NCBI GenBank assembly: GCA_044377495.1
Contig: JBILYY010000001.1
Coordinates: 24,196-88,195 of the forward strand
From: Bacteriovoracaceae bacterium
GTDB lineage: Bacteria > Bdellovibrionota > Bacteriovoracia > Bacteriovoracales > Bacteriovoracaceae
DNA: 64,000 nucleotides
Direction of reading: 5' to 3'
This document shows positions 47,001-60,480 of the stretch, piece by piece; position 1 is the stretch's first letter, and every line of letters starts with the position of its first letter. The translations under genes and the position numbers were made by a program. The notes under the pieces were generated by a model. It ran no database searches. It had not been told where the DNA came from and saw nothing but the letters and a program-made list of their open reading frames with translations.

Positions 47001-47536
47001 AAGGAATTGGTCTCGAGTTTTATATGGACCTTTTACAAGATGCTGTTCATGAAATTAGAGGGGAAAGAAAAGTATCAGCTAAAAACATTGAAATCCAAGC
47101 ACCATTCTCGGCCTATATTCCAGATGCCTATATTTCCGATCATGCGCTTCGCTTAAAATACTACAAGAGGCTTTCAAATTGTAATGATATGAATCGCCTA
47201 GATGACATCGTAACGGAAATGAATGATGCCTTTGGTATTACTCCGCGCGAACTCGAAGCACTTTATTCCATTCTCCGCACCCGGATATATTTTCAAACTT
47301 TGGGCCTCAGATTGGTTAAAGTTTCCTCAACGCAGATCATCTTGTTTTTTGATCAAGAAATACTTAACCATAACACTCAACTAAGAGATAAAATGCTGAG
47401 TTTTTTCATGAACAAGCCCAAATTATATAAGTTAAACCCAGACTCATCAGTTTCCTGCTTCTTTAAGGAATCAGTGAGTCATCATATGCTGCTAGATTTT
47501 GCGAAACATATTGCAGCACAAATCGGTGCATGTTAA
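44063..47536 (+). CDS. mfd: Transcription-repair coupling factor
   Basis: RGEIFDIY, VIHRDYGVG (RID/CarD-like), ETPDQ, GDVGFGKTE, DEEHRFG, TATPIPRT, QLRGRIGR, TRCF tail. Confidence 0.97.
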   Translation: MLFSGIHSKLKYWNDHQQLLQLKGISPNQWCLLAASYFSDQIFSTSHVLICSDQDEAEEVYEALKHLKTVFFYPGHNHSLYSSILTSESSLLARWSVLQRLVQGEKIIVVTTWEAALMLGPDPVFFKEKSFTFKKDDIISPLDLASRLTEMGYFPASTIEEPGTFSKRGEIFDIYPVAHPPVRLHYFDDLIEEIFGIDLQTQKTDREKSFQEVCLVPGPGYLSKDPFATNLRSKLPQPQPRFKNRYEIRKQVFQKMSEGQLFDNYPLFIPLFFEQPYTLIDYLHSDAKLTFFNADNGQKNFDLFLDQQIDDYAALQSDVESSSIIPAPDSFYHKEFKNISLKTLHVDQLDITLDLDQNLDRELHLNLEKLKTHLQIKLQRAGENPENKFEYIKGSLKVLKNELKSYGHLIVTYKSENARQELSYLLEENGLNAIGDRLHFVFGKLDEGFYYKNENTFVLSESDFFAIKKKKTKQVSSSNKDLFAEQLATLKINDYVIHRDYGVGIYKGLETIQAMDQQNDYLVILYEDNDKVYVPVYKLNLVQKHADSSSGLKVASLKSKKFSELKAKARNSVKKLAFDLIRLQAERKLGGGFPYSPPDHLFKEFELSFAFEETPDQSKAINDVIEDMQQQFPMDRLVCGDVGFGKTEVAMRAAMKAVLDKKQVVILVPTTVLALQHYHSFTKRFENFPVIVDFISRFKTPKEKLQTVQKVKEGKIDILIGTHAVLSDKLEYHDLGLLIIDEEHRFGVGHKEKLKVLKTGIDVLTMTATPIPRTLQLSFLGIRDLSLIQTAPPRRQAIKTYIIKEDDLTLKAAIEKELSRGGQVYYVHNRVHDIEEHELYLKKLVPKARVSVTHGQMNERELEKRINDFYDHKSDILLATTIIESGLDIPNANTMIIDRADTYGLAQLHQLRGRIGRSDRKAYAYFMVPENRLLSESSQRRLQALQTYAEMGGGFSLASSDMEIRGAGDILGAEQSGHIEGIGLEFYMDLLQDAVHEIRGERKVSAKNIEIQAPFSAYIPDAYISDHALRLKYYKRLSNCNDMNRLDDIVTEMNDAFGITPRELEALYSILRTRIYFQTLGLRLVKVSSTQIILFFDQEILNHNTQLRDKMLSFFMNKPKLYKLNPDSSVSCFFKESVSHHMLLDFAKHIAAQIGAC

Positions 47537-47574
47537 TGTTTTTATTAGATTCGATTTTCAAACCAGGGATGTGT

Positions 47575-48372
47575 ATGAATAAACTTTTAATCGTAGTTTT
47601 CACGGCTTTTATTGCCCTTCCAGCATTTGCTCAAAAAGAAATTGTTGCAACTGTTAATGGACGCAACATTACTAAAAAACAATTTGAAGAATATCACCTT
47701 CAAAACTTAAAATTTGTTGGTCAAAGAAAAATTACCAAAGAAATTTCTCTTCAAGATTTAATTAATCGTGAACTCGGAATTCAAAAAGCTAAAAAAACAG
47801 GATTAGATAAAGATCCTGTTGTCGTTGCCAAGCAAGAAGACATCCTTTTTCACGCACAAATCTCTAAAGATCTCGAAAATGAATTTAAAAAAATTGTCGT
47901 TTCAGATGATGATGTAAAAGCATATTACGAGGGTAATAAAGAATATCGCACGGCCCATATACTATATCGTCTAAGAGCAGAGCCAACACCGGATGAAGTT
48001 AAGGCTTCATACGAACAGAGTGTTGCAATTTATTCACAACTTCAAAAAAACCCTGAAGATTTTGCCAAAATGGCCAATAAATATTCGCAAACTTCTGCCG
48101 CACCAATTGGTGGTGACCTTGGTTTCCAACCTCCAACTCGCCTTGCTCCTGAATACTATGAAGCCATAAAAAATCAAAAAGTTGGCTTTATTACTAAGCC
48201 AGTTAGAAGCCAAATGGGTTATCACATTATTAAGGTGCTTGGTGTTAAAACTATCGATCAAATTGACAAAAACTTGTACAAGAAAATCATTTACGATACA
48301 AAAAGAGACGCCATTATTGCAGATTATTTCAAAAATCTTGCCAAGGGCGCGGCCATTAAGACGAACCTTTAA
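47575..48372 (+). CDS. Exported parvulin-type (PpiC) peptidyl-prolyl isomerase (ATG 47575 preferred)
   Basis: Signal peptide; AHIL, FAKMANKYS, GGDLG, SQMGYHIIK. Confidence 0.88.
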   Translation: MNKLLIVVFTAFIALPAFAQKEIVATVNGRNITKKQFEEYHLQNLKFVGQRKITKEISLQDLINRELGIQKAKKTGLDKDPVVVAKQEDILFHAQISKDLENEFKKIVVSDDDVKAYYEGNKEYRTAHILYRLRAEPTPDEVKASYEQSVAIYSQLQKNPEDFAKMANKYSQTSAAPIGGDLGFQPPTRLAPEYYEAIKNQKVGFITKPVRSQMGYHIIKVLGVKTIDQIDKNLYKKIIYDTKRDAIIADYFKNLAKGAAIKTNL

Positions 48373-48384
48373 AATTGATGTTTA

Positions 48385-49308
48385 GTGAAAAAATTATTTT
48401 TATTTCTAATCATAAGCTCCGTTTTTCAAAACGGAGCTTATGCTCAGGAAAAACTTCTCGATAAGCTAGTCGCTGTTATCAATACCCGCATTGTGTCCCT
48501 GTCTGAAATTAAGCGAATGGAAGATACTCTACCTGCAAGGCAAGAAGTTTCACCCATGGTGTACAACGAGTCCAAGTACACTCATAAACAACTACTCAAC
48601 ATCATTATAAGATCATTCATTATTCGTGAGAAGATCAATGCCCAAGGTTATGTTATCAATGATGATGCAGTAGAATCACGAATTAAAATGACTGAAGAGC
48701 GTTTAGGGCTAAAGAGGGCAGATCTTTTAAATTTTCTTAAAAGTAAAAATCTTACCTACGAAGAATATTTTGAAATTATTCGAGAAACGATGGAATACAA
48801 CGTATTTGCATCAAAAATTATTGCACCATTAATATCAGTTACGGAACAAGAAATTAAAAACGAATACTATAAGCGAAACACTTCCAATAATGCTTTATCT
48901 TTTAAATACAATTTAGTTGATTTTTATGTCAAAGAATCTACTTTGGTAGATAAAAATGAAGCGAGATTTTTGGCTGTTTTAAAAGATTATCAACTCACAG
49001 GAAAGCTTCCTGAAGAGTATCGAGAACTTGAAACCAATAATCTTGAAAATTTAAACGAAGATGCCCTTTCAAAAGAACTAGGTGCTATTTTAAAAACAAC
49101 TTCAGAGGGTTCTTTTTCTAAAGCTTCTACTATAAATGGGTACATGCATGTTTTTTACGTCCAGAAAAAAGACCTTGTTGAATCTCAGGATTTTGTAAAA
49201 TTTAAAGAACAAATCCAAAATGACATTTTTATGTCTAAGGGAAAATCAGTTACGAATAACTGGTTTGACCGAGAATATTCTAACTACTACATCAATAATT
49301 TATTATAA
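48385..49308 (+). CDS. surA: SurA-like periplasmic chaperone with degenerate parvulin domain
   Basis: Signal peptide; DKLVAVIN..IV..SE N-domain; upstream of pdxA as in surA-pdxA operons. Confidence 0.72.
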   Translation: MKKLFLFLIISSVFQNGAYAQEKLLDKLVAVINTRIVSLSEIKRMEDTLPARQEVSPMVYNESKYTHKQLLNIIIRSFIIREKINAQGYVINDDAVESRIKMTEERLGLKRADLLNFLKSKNLTYEEYFEIIRETMEYNVFASKIIAPLISVTEQEIKNEYYKRNTSNNALSFKYNLVDFYVKESTLVDKNEARFLAVLKDYQLTGKLPEEYRELETNNLENLNEDALSKELGAILKTTSEGSFSKASTINGYMHVFYVQKKDLVESQDFVKFKEQIQNDIFMSKGKSVTNNWFDREYSNYYINNLL

Positions 49309-49311
49309 ATA

Positions 49312-50268
49312 ATGAAAATCTATGTCACACAAGGGCATCAAGAAGGGATCGGTTTAGAGGTCTTCTTAAAAACGTGTTTGTTTCTTAGTTCCCAAGAACT
49401 CAACTTATTAAATCTTTTAGCATACAAAAAAAGTGTAACAGAAACCCTCATTTCTATGCGCTTACCTTTTGCCTTGTATGCTGATCACATACAATTAAAT
49501 CAATCAAAAATTCCAGTGACCTGGCTTGATAAAACCAATCATTCTCAAAGTTTTACTTCATTAGAATTAGGAATGCGCTTGGCCGAAAGTGGTGGGATTC
49601 TTTATACACTCCCGACTTCTAAAGACCAGTTTCCAGGGTTTTCAGGGCACACCGAATATTTCCGTCACTTCTACAGAAAACCAGAATTGGGAATGTTTTT
49701 TTCGTCTCCCACCATGCAAATGCTCCTCGTAACAGACCATGTTCCCATTAATGAGCTGGCAAAGGTCATAACGGAAAAAAGAATTTTAGATAGTCTCATT
49801 AATGCACATAAAGCTTTATTTGAATGGAATTGGCCGACTAAAAAATTTCTTGTTTCAGGTTTAAATCCCCACGCCGGGGAGGGTGGACTTATTGGGTCAG
49901 AAGATAAACGAGTAAGTTCAGTAGTTAAACATATCCAAGACAAATTTAATATTGAGATTGCGGGGCCATTTCCGGGTGATACAATGTTAAACGAAAGAAA
50001 ATCAACCGAGGACGTTTTAGTTTATTTATTTCACGATCAAGGCCTGGGTCTATTTAAAGGACTTCAGGGATTTATCGGATCTAATATCACCCTCGGTTTA
50101 CCATATCCACGGTTCAGTCCAGATCATGGAACTTCATTTCAACTTTTTGGAAAAAATGAAGCCGATTATCGCGGGTGCCAGTTTTCTCTCAACCAGGCAA
50201 TCGTACAACTCAAGAGGCTGATTCATGGACAAAATTCGGGTCACAAAAGCCAAAGTACACAATCTTAA
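49312..50268 (+). CDS. pdxA: 4-hydroxythreonine-4-phosphate dehydrogenase family
   Basis: [33 protein letters not shown]. Confidence 0.88.
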   Translation: MKIYVTQGHQEGIGLEVFLKTCLFLSSQELNLLNLLAYKKSVTETLISMRLPFALYADHIQLNQSKIPVTWLDKTNHSQSFTSLELGMRLAESGGILYTLPTSKDQFPGFSGHTEYFRHFYRKPELGMFFSSPTMQMLLVTDHVPINELAKVITEKRILDSLINAHKALFEWNWPTKKFLVSGLNPHAGEGGLIGSEDKRVSSVVKHIQDKFNIEIAGPFPGDTMLNERKSTEDVLVYLFHDQGLGLFKGLQGFIGSNITLGLPYPRFSPDHGTSFQLFGKNEADYRGCQFSLNQAIVQLKRLIHGQNSGHKSQSTQS

Positions 50269-53032
50269 AAGTATTGATGTATCAATTCCACGGCATTCAT
50301 TAACTGTTATTACGGGACCTTCTGGTTCCGGAAAATCTTCACTCGCTTTCGACACTATCTATGCTGAAGGCCAAAGAAGATACATGGAATCGCTTTCGAG
50401 TTATGCCAGGCAATTTATAGGGCAAATTGAGGCACCGGAAGTTGAAAGCATAACCGGACTTTCACCTGCAATTGCAATTGATCAGAAATCAACGACAAAA
50501 AATCCACGATCAACAGTTGGTACCATTACTGAAGTTTATGATTATTTAAGACTTCTTTATGCCAGACTAGGCGAAGCCCATTGTCCGGAGACTGGTGAAA
50601 AAGTTGCCAAACAATCCCCACAGCAAATTGTTCAGCAAATTTTAAAATTTAAAAACGGAACAAAACTACAACTTCTAGCACCTGTGATTAGAAACAAAAA
50701 AGGTGAGCATAAAGAAGAGCTTGGTAAGTTTTTAAGCATGGGTTTTTCAAAAATAAGATTAAATGGTGATATTTTAAATCTTGATGACCAAATAGTTATA
50801 CAAAAAACAAAATTTAATAACATAGACATTGTAGTTGACCGTCTTGTCATGAAAGATGGAATTCAAACCAGGTTAACAGATTCAGTAGAACATGCTTTAA
50901 AGTTGTCGGATGGATACTTGGTTGTACTCGCTGACGACAAAGAGCATTTTTACAGCGAAAAAAATTACTCTTTCAAATCCGGAAAAAGTTATCCTGATCT
51001 TGAACCAAGGTTGTTCTCGTTTAATTCTCCGTTGGGGGCCTGTCCAATTTGTAACGGACTCGGTATTTCAAAAACCTTTGACCTCGACAGCCTTTTACTA
51101 GACGAAACAATGAGCCTAGAAGATGGCGCAATTCCCATTCTGAAAAAAAACTCTTTCTTAATGCAAATGGTAAGGTCAGTAGCCGCTGCTGAGAAAGTAG
51201 ATATTGAGAAGCCTTTCAATAAACTCACGGAAAAGTTTCTGCAGCTTCTCTACTACGGAAACGGTGATAAAATTTATAATTATAAATTTGAATCGGAGAA
51301 CTCGTCTTGGAATTTCAAGAAAGAGTTTCCTGGCATTATGGCCTGGCTAGAAAAAAAACATAAAGAATCTGAATCTGAAAAAACCAGGCTAGATCTTGAA
51401 GAATACATGATCATTAAAAAATGTCCCGGTTGCAAGGGAAAAAAATTAAATCCATTTGCACTAGCTGCGACTATTAATAATCAATCTATTATTGATGTCT
51501 GTGATCTCTCAATAAATGAAGCTGCTGATTTTTTTGAGAAACTCGAATTTTCTGGCAATCAGGCCATCATTGCCCAAAAAGTTCTTAAAGAAATTAAAGA
51601 TCGCTTGAAGTTTCTTTTAAATGTTGGATTGAATTATTTGACCTTAAATCGCGATGCCATGTCTCTTTCTGGAGGAGAATCACAGCGGATTCGCCTCGCT
51701 ACCCAAATTGGGTCAGCACTTTCAGGAGTCTTGTACGTATTAGACGAACCCAGCATTGGACTCCATCAGCGAGATAACGAAAAGCTTATCCAAACATTAA
51801 TTAATCTTAGAGACATCGGAAATACTGTATTGGTTGTCGAACATGACGAAGAAACAATGCTTGCTTCAGATTATTTAATTGATATGGGTCCTCATGCTGG
51901 ACTTCATGGTGGAGAGGTTGTTGCTGCAGGCACTCCTGAAGAAGTCATGAAAAATAAAAACTCTCTCACAGGTAAGTATCTTTCTGGTGTTAACAAGATC
52001 CATATTCCAAACGAGAGAAGAGAACTTACAAATAAAATAATATTAAACAAGGCCCGTGAGAACAATTTAAACGATGTTACGTTGCATCTTCCGCTTGGAG
52101 GACTCACTTGCATTACAGGGGTTTCTGGCTCTGGGAAGTCTACGCTGGTGCACAAGGTATTAATTCCTGCGGTTAAAAACTACCTTTCGCGTGGACGAAG
52201 GGGGAGTTCGGCCAATTACCAATCTGTTACAGGGGTAGATAAAATTCAAGGAGTCATTGAGCTAGATCAATCTCCTATCGGAAGGACTCCACATTCAAAT
52301 CCTGCCACTTATACTGGGCTTTTTGACGACATCCGAAATATTTATTCAATGACTAATGAATCTAAAATCCGCGGGTATAAACCTGGCCGATTTTCATTCA
52401 ATGTAAAGGGTGGTCGATGTGAAAGCTGTGAGGGCAATGGACTTCTGAAAATTGAAATGCATTTTCTACCAGATGTTTATGTTACCTGCTCCGAGTGTGG
52501 TGGTTCACGTTATAATAATGAAACGTTATCAATTCTTTATCGCGGTAAAAATATCGCGGATGTTTTAGCGATGAGTATTGAAGAAGCAGCTCCTTTTTTT
52601 GAAAATCATCCCAAGGTTAATCGTGCCCTTAGAGTTATGAATGAAGTTGGTTTGGGTTATATTAAACTTGGCCAGCCTGCAACCACCTTGTCGGGTGGTG
52701 AAGCGCAGAGATTAAAACTTTCTCGCGAGCTTGCGAAATCAACGAAAGGTTCCACGCTTTATGTTTTGGATGAGCCTACAACAGGTCTTCACTTTGAAGA
52801 TATTAACATCTTACTCAAATCACTTAATAAACTCGTTGATCAAGGCCATTCACTTTTAATTATCGAGCACAATCTTGACGTGATTAAAACTGCCGACTGG
52901 GTAATTGATCTGGGACCGGATGGTGGAAAATTTGGTGGACAGATAATTGCGGAAGGTACACCGGAGACCGTGGCCAAGATCAAAGGCTCTTACACAGGTC
53001 ATTACTTAGCAAAGGCACTGAAACCGAAATAA
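50225..53032 (+). CDS. uvrA: Excinuclease ABC subunit A
   Basis: Two ABC cassettes: [36 protein letters not shown]; zinc fingers. Confidence 0.98.
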   Translation: MDKIRVTKAKVHNLKSIDVSIPRHSLTVITGPSGSGKSSLAFDTIYAEGQRRYMESLSSYARQFIGQIEAPEVESITGLSPAIAIDQKSTTKNPRSTVGTITEVYDYLRLLYARLGEAHCPETGEKVAKQSPQQIVQQILKFKNGTKLQLLAPVIRNKKGEHKEELGKFLSMGFSKIRLNGDILNLDDQIVIQKTKFNNIDIVVDRLVMKDGIQTRLTDSVEHALKLSDGYLVVLADDKEHFYSEKNYSFKSGKSYPDLEPRLFSFNSPLGACPICNGLGISKTFDLDSLLLDETMSLEDGAIPILKKNSFLMQMVRSVAAAEKVDIEKPFNKLTEKFLQLLYYGNGDKIYNYKFESENSSWNFKKEFPGIMAWLEKKHKESESEKTRLDLEEYMIIKKCPGCKGKKLNPFALAATINNQSIIDVCDLSINEAADFFEKLEFSGNQAIIAQKVLKEIKDRLKFLLNVGLNYLTLNRDAMSLSGGESQRIRLATQIGSALSGVLYVLDEPSIGLHQRDNEKLIQTLINLRDIGNTVLVVEHDEETMLASDYLIDMGPHAGLHGGEVVAAGTPEEVMKNKNSLTGKYLSGVNKIHIPNERRELTNKIILNKARENNLNDVTLHLPLGGLTCITGVSGSGKSTLVHKVLIPAVKNYLSRGRRGSSANYQSVTGVDKIQGVIELDQSPIGRTPHSNPATYTGLFDDIRNIYSMTNESKIRGYKPGRFSFNVKGGRCESCEGNGLLKIEMHFLPDVYVTCSECGGSRYNNETLSILYRGKNIADVLAMSIEEAAPFFENHPKVNRALRVMNEVGLGYIKLGQPATTLSGGEAQRLKLSRELAKSTKGSTLYVLDEPTTGLHFEDINILLKSLNKLVDQGHSLLIIEHNLDVIKTADWVIDLGPDGGKFGGQIIAEGTPETVAKIKGSYTGHYLAKALKPK

Positions 53033-53041
53033 TCCATAAAA

Positions 53042-53063
53042 AAAGCCCTCTTGCGAGGGCTTT
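53042..53063. terminator. Bidirectional terminator between convergent uvrA and atpE
   Basis: AAAGCCCTC-TTGC-GAGGGCTTT; minus strand has a GCAA loop and U7 tail. Confidence 0.88.
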
Positions 53064-53089
53064 CTATTTCTAGATTTTAAAGTCTAAAA

Positions 53090-53344
53090 TTATGCAGCAA
53101 ATTTCTGAAGGATAAGGAATGCAATACCAAATCCGAAAAGAACTAGAGACTCGATTAATGCAAGTGCAAGAATCATTGGAGTCTGAAGTTTATCAGCAGC
53201 AGCTGGGTTACGAGCAATACCTTCAAGAGCTACAGAAGCAGCTTTACCTTGAGCGTATGTTCCACCAATAACAGCTGAAGCGAAGGCAATCGCAGCTGAA
53301 AGAACTACCCATGAATTTACTGCCATTACACCTGTGTTTTCCAT
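53090..53344 (-). CDS. atpE: ATP synthase Fo subunit c
   Basis: AQGKAA, GIARNP loop, ALIES carboxylate. Confidence 0.96.
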   Translation of the reverse strand: MENTGVMAVNSWVVLSAAIAFASAVIGGTYAQGKAASVALEGIARNPAAADKLQTPMILALALIESLVLFGFGIAFLILQKFAA

Positions 53345-53376
53345 TTTATTTTCCTTTGTGAAAAAATTTGATCTTG

Positions 53377-54147
53377 TTAGTGGTGTGCCTCGTGCTCATC
53401 ATGATCGTGATGCGCAGTCGCCATACCAATATAGATCATTGTTAAAAGAGTAAATACGAACGCTTGAAGAAAACCAACAAAAATTCCCATAGCGTAGAAG
53501 GGAATTGGAACGATATAAGGAACAAGTTCCGAAAAAATTCCCAAAATCAAATGATCCCCATCCATGTTCCCACGTAAACGCAGGGCAAGTGAAATAGGTC
53601 TAACTGAGATAGAAATGATTTCAATAGGGAAAATAAGGATCGCAAGAGCAGGCATAGGCCCAGCAAAATGCTTCATATAATTAACAAATCCTACAGCTCT
53701 GATACCTTGGAAGTTAAAATAAATAAATGTGAATATCCCAAGTGCCAAAGTTGTATTCAAGTTTTGGTTTGGTGACATTGAACCAGGAAAAACACCCATT
53801 ACGTTAGTAATTAAAATGAAGCAAAAGACAAAAATTACATACGGGAAATATCGCTTAGTACTTTCTTCACCCATTACTGATCTGGCAGTGTTCATCATCA
53901 TTTGAGCTAACGATTCTACAATATTTCTAACCGAGATACCTTTATCAGGAATAACAACGTTCGCTACGGTTGATACTTTGGCGCGATAATAGATTCCAAT
54001 TGCTAGAAATACTAATGAACCAAAAGTTAACGCTATTGTATGAGCTGGAATATGAAAAACATGTGAAGCGTTGGTAAAAAAGTTATACCCACCGCTTGCC
54101 CATAAAGAGCTACTGAAAAATAGAACTAATAAACCTAATAGTTTCAT
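53377..54147 (-). CDS. atpB: ATP synthase Fo subunit a
   Basis: RPISLALRLRGNM, LQAFVFTLLTMIY. Confidence 0.95.
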   Translation of the reverse strand: MKLLGLLVLFFSSSLWASGGYNFFTNASHVFHIPAHTIALTFGSLVFLAIGIYYRAKVSTVANVVIPDKGISVRNIVESLAQMMMNTARSVMGEESTKRYFPYVIFVFCFILITNVMGVFPGSMSPNQNLNTTLALGIFTFIYFNFQGIRAVGFVNYMKHFAGPMPALAILIFPIEIISISVRPISLALRLRGNMDGDHLILGIFSELVPYIVPIPFYAMGIFVGFLQAFVFTLLTMIYIGMATAHHDHDEHEAHH

Positions 54148-54164
54148 GTTTATCCTGAGAATTT

Positions 54165-54530
54165 TTAATAGTTGTTTTTAATACTAACGACTTGAATTAT
54201 CAATTGGAAAATCATTAACACGAGGAGTTTTGGAATTAAATTTACGTTATAAAAGTAGACTCCAAGTACAATAGTAACAAGGAGCGCCATTTTAAAAACA
54301 ATAAGTAATAACGCTTTTCTAAGCGCGTCTTTCGCATCTTTTTCGCTAAGAGTCATAGATTGCGTTGCCGCATATATCATTTTAACCATGGTGGTATGGT
54401 TTAAGACCAATATGGCGAGAGAAACAATCAGGGCGAGTGTATCCCTGGTTAAGCCATTACCAAGCCAAATAGATGTCAGAATATTAAGGGAAGAGAAGAG
54501 ATAAAATTTCTTAGTTATTTTTTTTTCCAT
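54165..54530 (-). CDS. AtpI-like membrane protein
   Basis: About 4 TM, immediately upstream of atpB; assignment mainly positional. Confidence 0.55.
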   Translation of the reverse strand: MEKKITKKFYLFSSLNILTSIWLGNGLTRDTLALIVSLAILVLNHTTMVKMIYAATQSMTLSEKDAKDALRKALLLIVFKMALLVTIVLGVYFYNVNLIPKLLVLMIFQLIIQVVSIKNNY

Positions 54531-54703
54531 GAGACCTGTATCATTTTAATTAATATTACACACACAGCCAAAATTAGAATCACCTGGGCCCAACCTTGAG
54601 TTATATATCCAAGCTTAACTAATTGCTGAAATGCGAAAAATATTCCAAGTATAGTTGATGGAAGACCTAGTGCGAGCGCCAGTGCTTTTTGCCAGCTATT
54701 CAT
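54515..54703 (-). CDS. AtpZ-like small 2-TM protein
   Basis: Two TM helices, overlaps the next gene, heads the Fo cluster; positional. Confidence 0.5.
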   Translation of the reverse strand: MNSWQKALALALGLPSTILGIFFAFQQLVKLGYITQGWAQVILILAVCVILIKMIQVSWKKK

Positions 54704-54740
54704 TTGAAACCATTTCGTTATTTCTCATAAGATAAATAAA

Positions 54741-55553
54741 CTACCGCTTTCTGGCAACTCTTCGAGCATATAAAGACTTAAGTCTAGCACGTAATACGTC
54801 TGGATTTGGGTAAGTCGGAAGCAAGGAATAATAAATATTATAAGCTTCTTTAAGTTTCTCATTTGATTCATAAGCATTTGCTATAAGAAATTTTACTTTT
54901 GTGATTTGTTCTTTTCGACGTTCTCTTTTTAAATACTCAAGCCAATACTCGACAGCTTTGTCCCAGTTTTTATTATAAAACTCTATTAGACCCATCTGGT
55001 TATACGCTTCAACATAGTAGGGATTTGTAGGCTGACTTATGATCTGGTTAAAAATTTCACGGGCCTTGTTGTATTTAGCCATTTCAAAATATGATTCGCC
55101 GACACGAAGAAAGTAGTAATCATAATTTTTAAGTCTTGGTTTCACGTTCATCAAGATCATATATGCCCGTATGGCCTCGATAAAGTTTTTAGAGAAACTA
55201 AAATTAATATCTGCAATTTTTTCAAGGGACTTAACTTGCCAGAGAGGATCATCAACATTTTCAACGATAAATTGGTAGTACTTAAGAGCCTTTACCTGCT
55301 CATCCATATAAAGATAATAAATTTCAGCTAATTGATAATTGATCTTTGTTTTTATTATTTTGGATGGATTTTTTTTAAGAACCCGCTCATAAAGCTCAAC
55401 GGCTTTAGGAAATTTTTGCTGATCAACATATTTTTGGGCGGAGAGAATGTCTTGATTGAGTCCTGAGGTAAAGTCACATGAACTTAACCCCAGGATTATC
55501 ATAATAAAAAATAATTTACTGAACAGGTGGTGTTTCAGAAGGCTCACCTTCAT
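54741..55553 (-). CDS. TPR lipoprotein; start uncertain (ATG 55553 or CTG 55526, both inside the gyrA 3' end)
   Basis: [14 protein letters not shown] lipobox; several TPR repeats. Confidence 0.78.
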   Translation of the reverse strand: MKVSLLKHHLFSKLFFIMIILGLSSCDFTSGLNQDILSAQKYVDQQKFPKAVELYERVLKKNPSKIIKTKINYQLAEIYYLYMDEQVKALKYYQFIVENVDDPLWQVKSLEKIADINFSFSKNFIEAIRAYMILMNVKPRLKNYDYYFLRVGESYFEMAKYNKAREIFNQIISQPTNPYYVEAYNQMGLIEFYNKNWDKAVEYWLEYLKRERRKEQITKVKFLIANAYESNEKLKEAYNIYYSLLPTYPNPDVLRARLKSLYARRVARKR

Positions 55554-58005
55554 TGGTCTCTTCATCTGGATCAATGATTTTCTCAATTGCGATAACTTTT
55601 TCATCAGGCTTAACATTAATTAGGCGAACACCCTGAGTGTTACGTCCAAGAAGTGAAATTCCAGAAATTTTCGTTCTGATAACCTGACCTTTATCCGTAA
55701 TAATCATGAGGTCATCTTTATCAGTAACTGGAAGAATACACATAATCTCACCTGTTTTTTCAGTGAGCTTCATAGCAAGAATACCTTTACCGCCTCGTGA
55801 CTGTTTACGGTATTCATCAGCAGAAGAACGCTTACCATAACCACGAGAAGTAACTGTAAGAATTTCAGATTTATCATCAATCACTTCCATACCGATTACA
55901 ACTTCATCATCAGTAAGGCTCATACCTTTTACACCCTGAGATACACGGCCTTGTGGACGACAATCATCTTCAAAGAATCTTATTGATTTACCACCAGAAG
56001 ATGCAAGAAGAACGTCTTTCTTACCATCAGTGATCCTGACCGAAAGAACAGAGTCCCCATCAACTATTTTAATCGCCTTCAATCCATTCTGACGCATATT
56101 TTTATATTCAGAGAGTTCAGATTTTTTCACTATTCCGTGCTTAGTTGCAAAAATCAAAAAGTGACCTTCAGTTTCTTTGGGAACTGTAATAATCTCTTGC
56201 ACTTTTTCATCAGCAGGAACGTTAATGATATTTACAACATTTCTACCTTTGGCCGTTCTTAGACCTTCAGGAATCTGATAAACCTTAATCGAGAAAACAG
56301 TTCCCTTATCAGTGAAAATCATCAATGTATCGTGTGTATCTGCAGTGAAAATAGATGTGTAGAAATCGTCATCTAGATCAGCGCCTTTAACACCTTTGCC
56401 GCCACGTTTTTGTGAACGGAAAGTGTCCATCGCCATACGCTTCAAGTAACCTTTCTGCGTAATAGTAACAATAACTTCTTCATTTTTAATCAAGTCTTCC
56501 ATCTGAATTTCATCTGCTTGAGCTATGATTTCAGTTCTACGCTCATCACCGTAGTTTTCGCGAATTTCTGTGAATTCACCCTGGATGATAGCCTTAATTT
56601 CTTCTTCAGAGCCTAAGATGCTTTCCAAACGGTGGATTTCTTTCATGATCAATTCGTAATCAGCAATAATCTTATCTCTTTCAAGACCAGTTAAACGCTG
56701 GAGGCGCATGTCCAAGATTGCCTGAGCTTGAATCGTTGAAAGCGCATAAGCACTCATCAACTTTTCTTTTGCTTGAGCAGGACCTTCAGATTTCTTAATC
56801 ATTTCAACAATTGCATCGATATTCTCAACAGCAACTTTTAGACCTTCTAAGATGTGAGCACGCTCTTTAGCTTTCTTTAATTCATAAGTCGTACGACGAA
56901 TAATAATTTCACGACGGTGTTCAATGAAACACTCAAGCTGTTGCTTAAGGTCAAAAACTCTCGGCTGACCGTTATAAATCGAAAGGAAAATAATCCCGAA
57001 CGAAACTTGCATCTGAGTTTGTTTAAATAAACGATTCAGAATAACAGAACCTTGTTCACCGCGCTTAACATCAATAACAACACGAATACCTTCACGAGAA
57101 GATTCGTCTCGAATATCTGAAATACCTTCGATAGCCTTTTCAGTTACAAGTTCAGCGATTTTTTCAATCAAACGAGCTTTATTCACCTGGTAAGGAAGCT
57201 CAGTAATAATTATTTTTTCACGATCGTTTTTACCTACTTCAATGTCCGCTTTTGCACGAACTTGAATGACACCTTTACCAGTGTGATAAGCAGATTGAAT
57301 TCCTGCCGTTCCAATAATAGAACCAGAAGTAGGGAAGTCAGGACCAGGAATTATTTTTATCAATTCATGAACAGTAATTAATGGGTTTGCAAGAACGGCT
57401 AATAAACCGTTCATCACTTCCGTTAAGTTGTGAGGCGGAATATTAGTCGCCATACCTACGGCAATACCAGCAGAACCGTTAATTAAAAGATTTGGAATTT
57501 TAGTTGGAAGAACAGTTGGCTCTTGTAATGAACCATCATAGTTGTCCTGCCAGTCGACAGTTTCTTTATCAATATCACCCATCATATCATTGGTGAGTTT
57601 CTCCATACGAACTTCTGTATATCGCATAGCCGCAGCGTTATCTCCATCAATCGAACCGAAGTTCCCTTGACCGTCGATAATTGGGTATCTCATAGAAAAA
57701 TCTTGAGCAAGTCGAACCATCGCTCCGTAAACAGCAGAGTCACCATGTGGGTGATACTTACCGATAACGTCACCAACAACACGTGCTGATTTTAAATAAG
57801 GACGGTTGTGATAGTTGTTAAGCATATGCATCGCAAATAATACACGTCTGTGCACGGGTTTAAATCCGTCTCGAACGTCAGGAAGTGCGCGGCCCACAAT
57901 AACCGACATGGCATAATCCAAATAACAGCTCTTCATCTCGTCTTGAATTAAAAGAGGAGTGATATTTCCGTGATTGTGATTAGCATTGTTGTTTTCATCG
58001 CTCAT
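55516..58005 (-). CDS. gyrA: DNA gyrase subunit A
   Basis: [23 protein letters not shown] (catalytic Tyr), GyrA-box QKRGGKG. Confidence 0.98.
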   Translation of the reverse strand: MSDENNNANHNHGNITPLLIQDEMKSCYLDYAMSVIVGRALPDVRDGFKPVHRRVLFAMHMLNNYHNRPYLKSARVVGDVIGKYHPHGDSAVYGAMVRLAQDFSMRYPIIDGQGNFGSIDGDNAAAMRYTEVRMEKLTNDMMGDIDKETVDWQDNYDGSLQEPTVLPTKIPNLLINGSAGIAVGMATNIPPHNLTEVMNGLLAVLANPLITVHELIKIIPGPDFPTSGSIIGTAGIQSAYHTGKGVIQVRAKADIEVGKNDREKIIITELPYQVNKARLIEKIAELVTEKAIEGISDIRDESSREGIRVVIDVKRGEQGSVILNRLFKQTQMQVSFGIIFLSIYNGQPRVFDLKQQLECFIEHRREIIIRRTTYELKKAKERAHILEGLKVAVENIDAIVEMIKKSEGPAQAKEKLMSAYALSTIQAQAILDMRLQRLTGLERDKIIADYELIMKEIHRLESILGSEEEIKAIIQGEFTEIRENYGDERRTEIIAQADEIQMEDLIKNEEVIVTITQKGYLKRMAMDTFRSQKRGGKGVKGADLDDDFYTSIFTADTHDTLMIFTDKGTVFSIKVYQIPEGLRTAKGRNVVNIINVPADEKVQEIITVPKETEGHFLIFATKHGIVKKSELSEYKNMRQNGLKAIKIVDGDSVLSVRITDGKKDVLLASSGGKSIRFFEDDCRPQGRVSQGVKGMSLTDDEVVIGMEVIDDKSEILTVTSRGYGKRSSADEYRKQSRGGKGILAMKLTEKTGEIMCILPVTDKDDLMIITDKGQVIRTKISGISLLGRNTQGVRLINVKPDEKVIAIEKIIDPDEETNEGEPSETPPVQ

Positions 58006-58022
58006 AAATCTGATCCTTCAAA

Positions 58023-60470
<2,448 letters not shown>

Positions 60471-60480
60471 TCAGAATCTC

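Noticed and set aside
53090-53344. Na+-coupled ATP synthase c-ring
   Set aside because: It has Gln, Glu and Ser but Leu and Phe replace the Thr and Tyr of the full Na+ signature; H+ coupling is more likely, though unproven.
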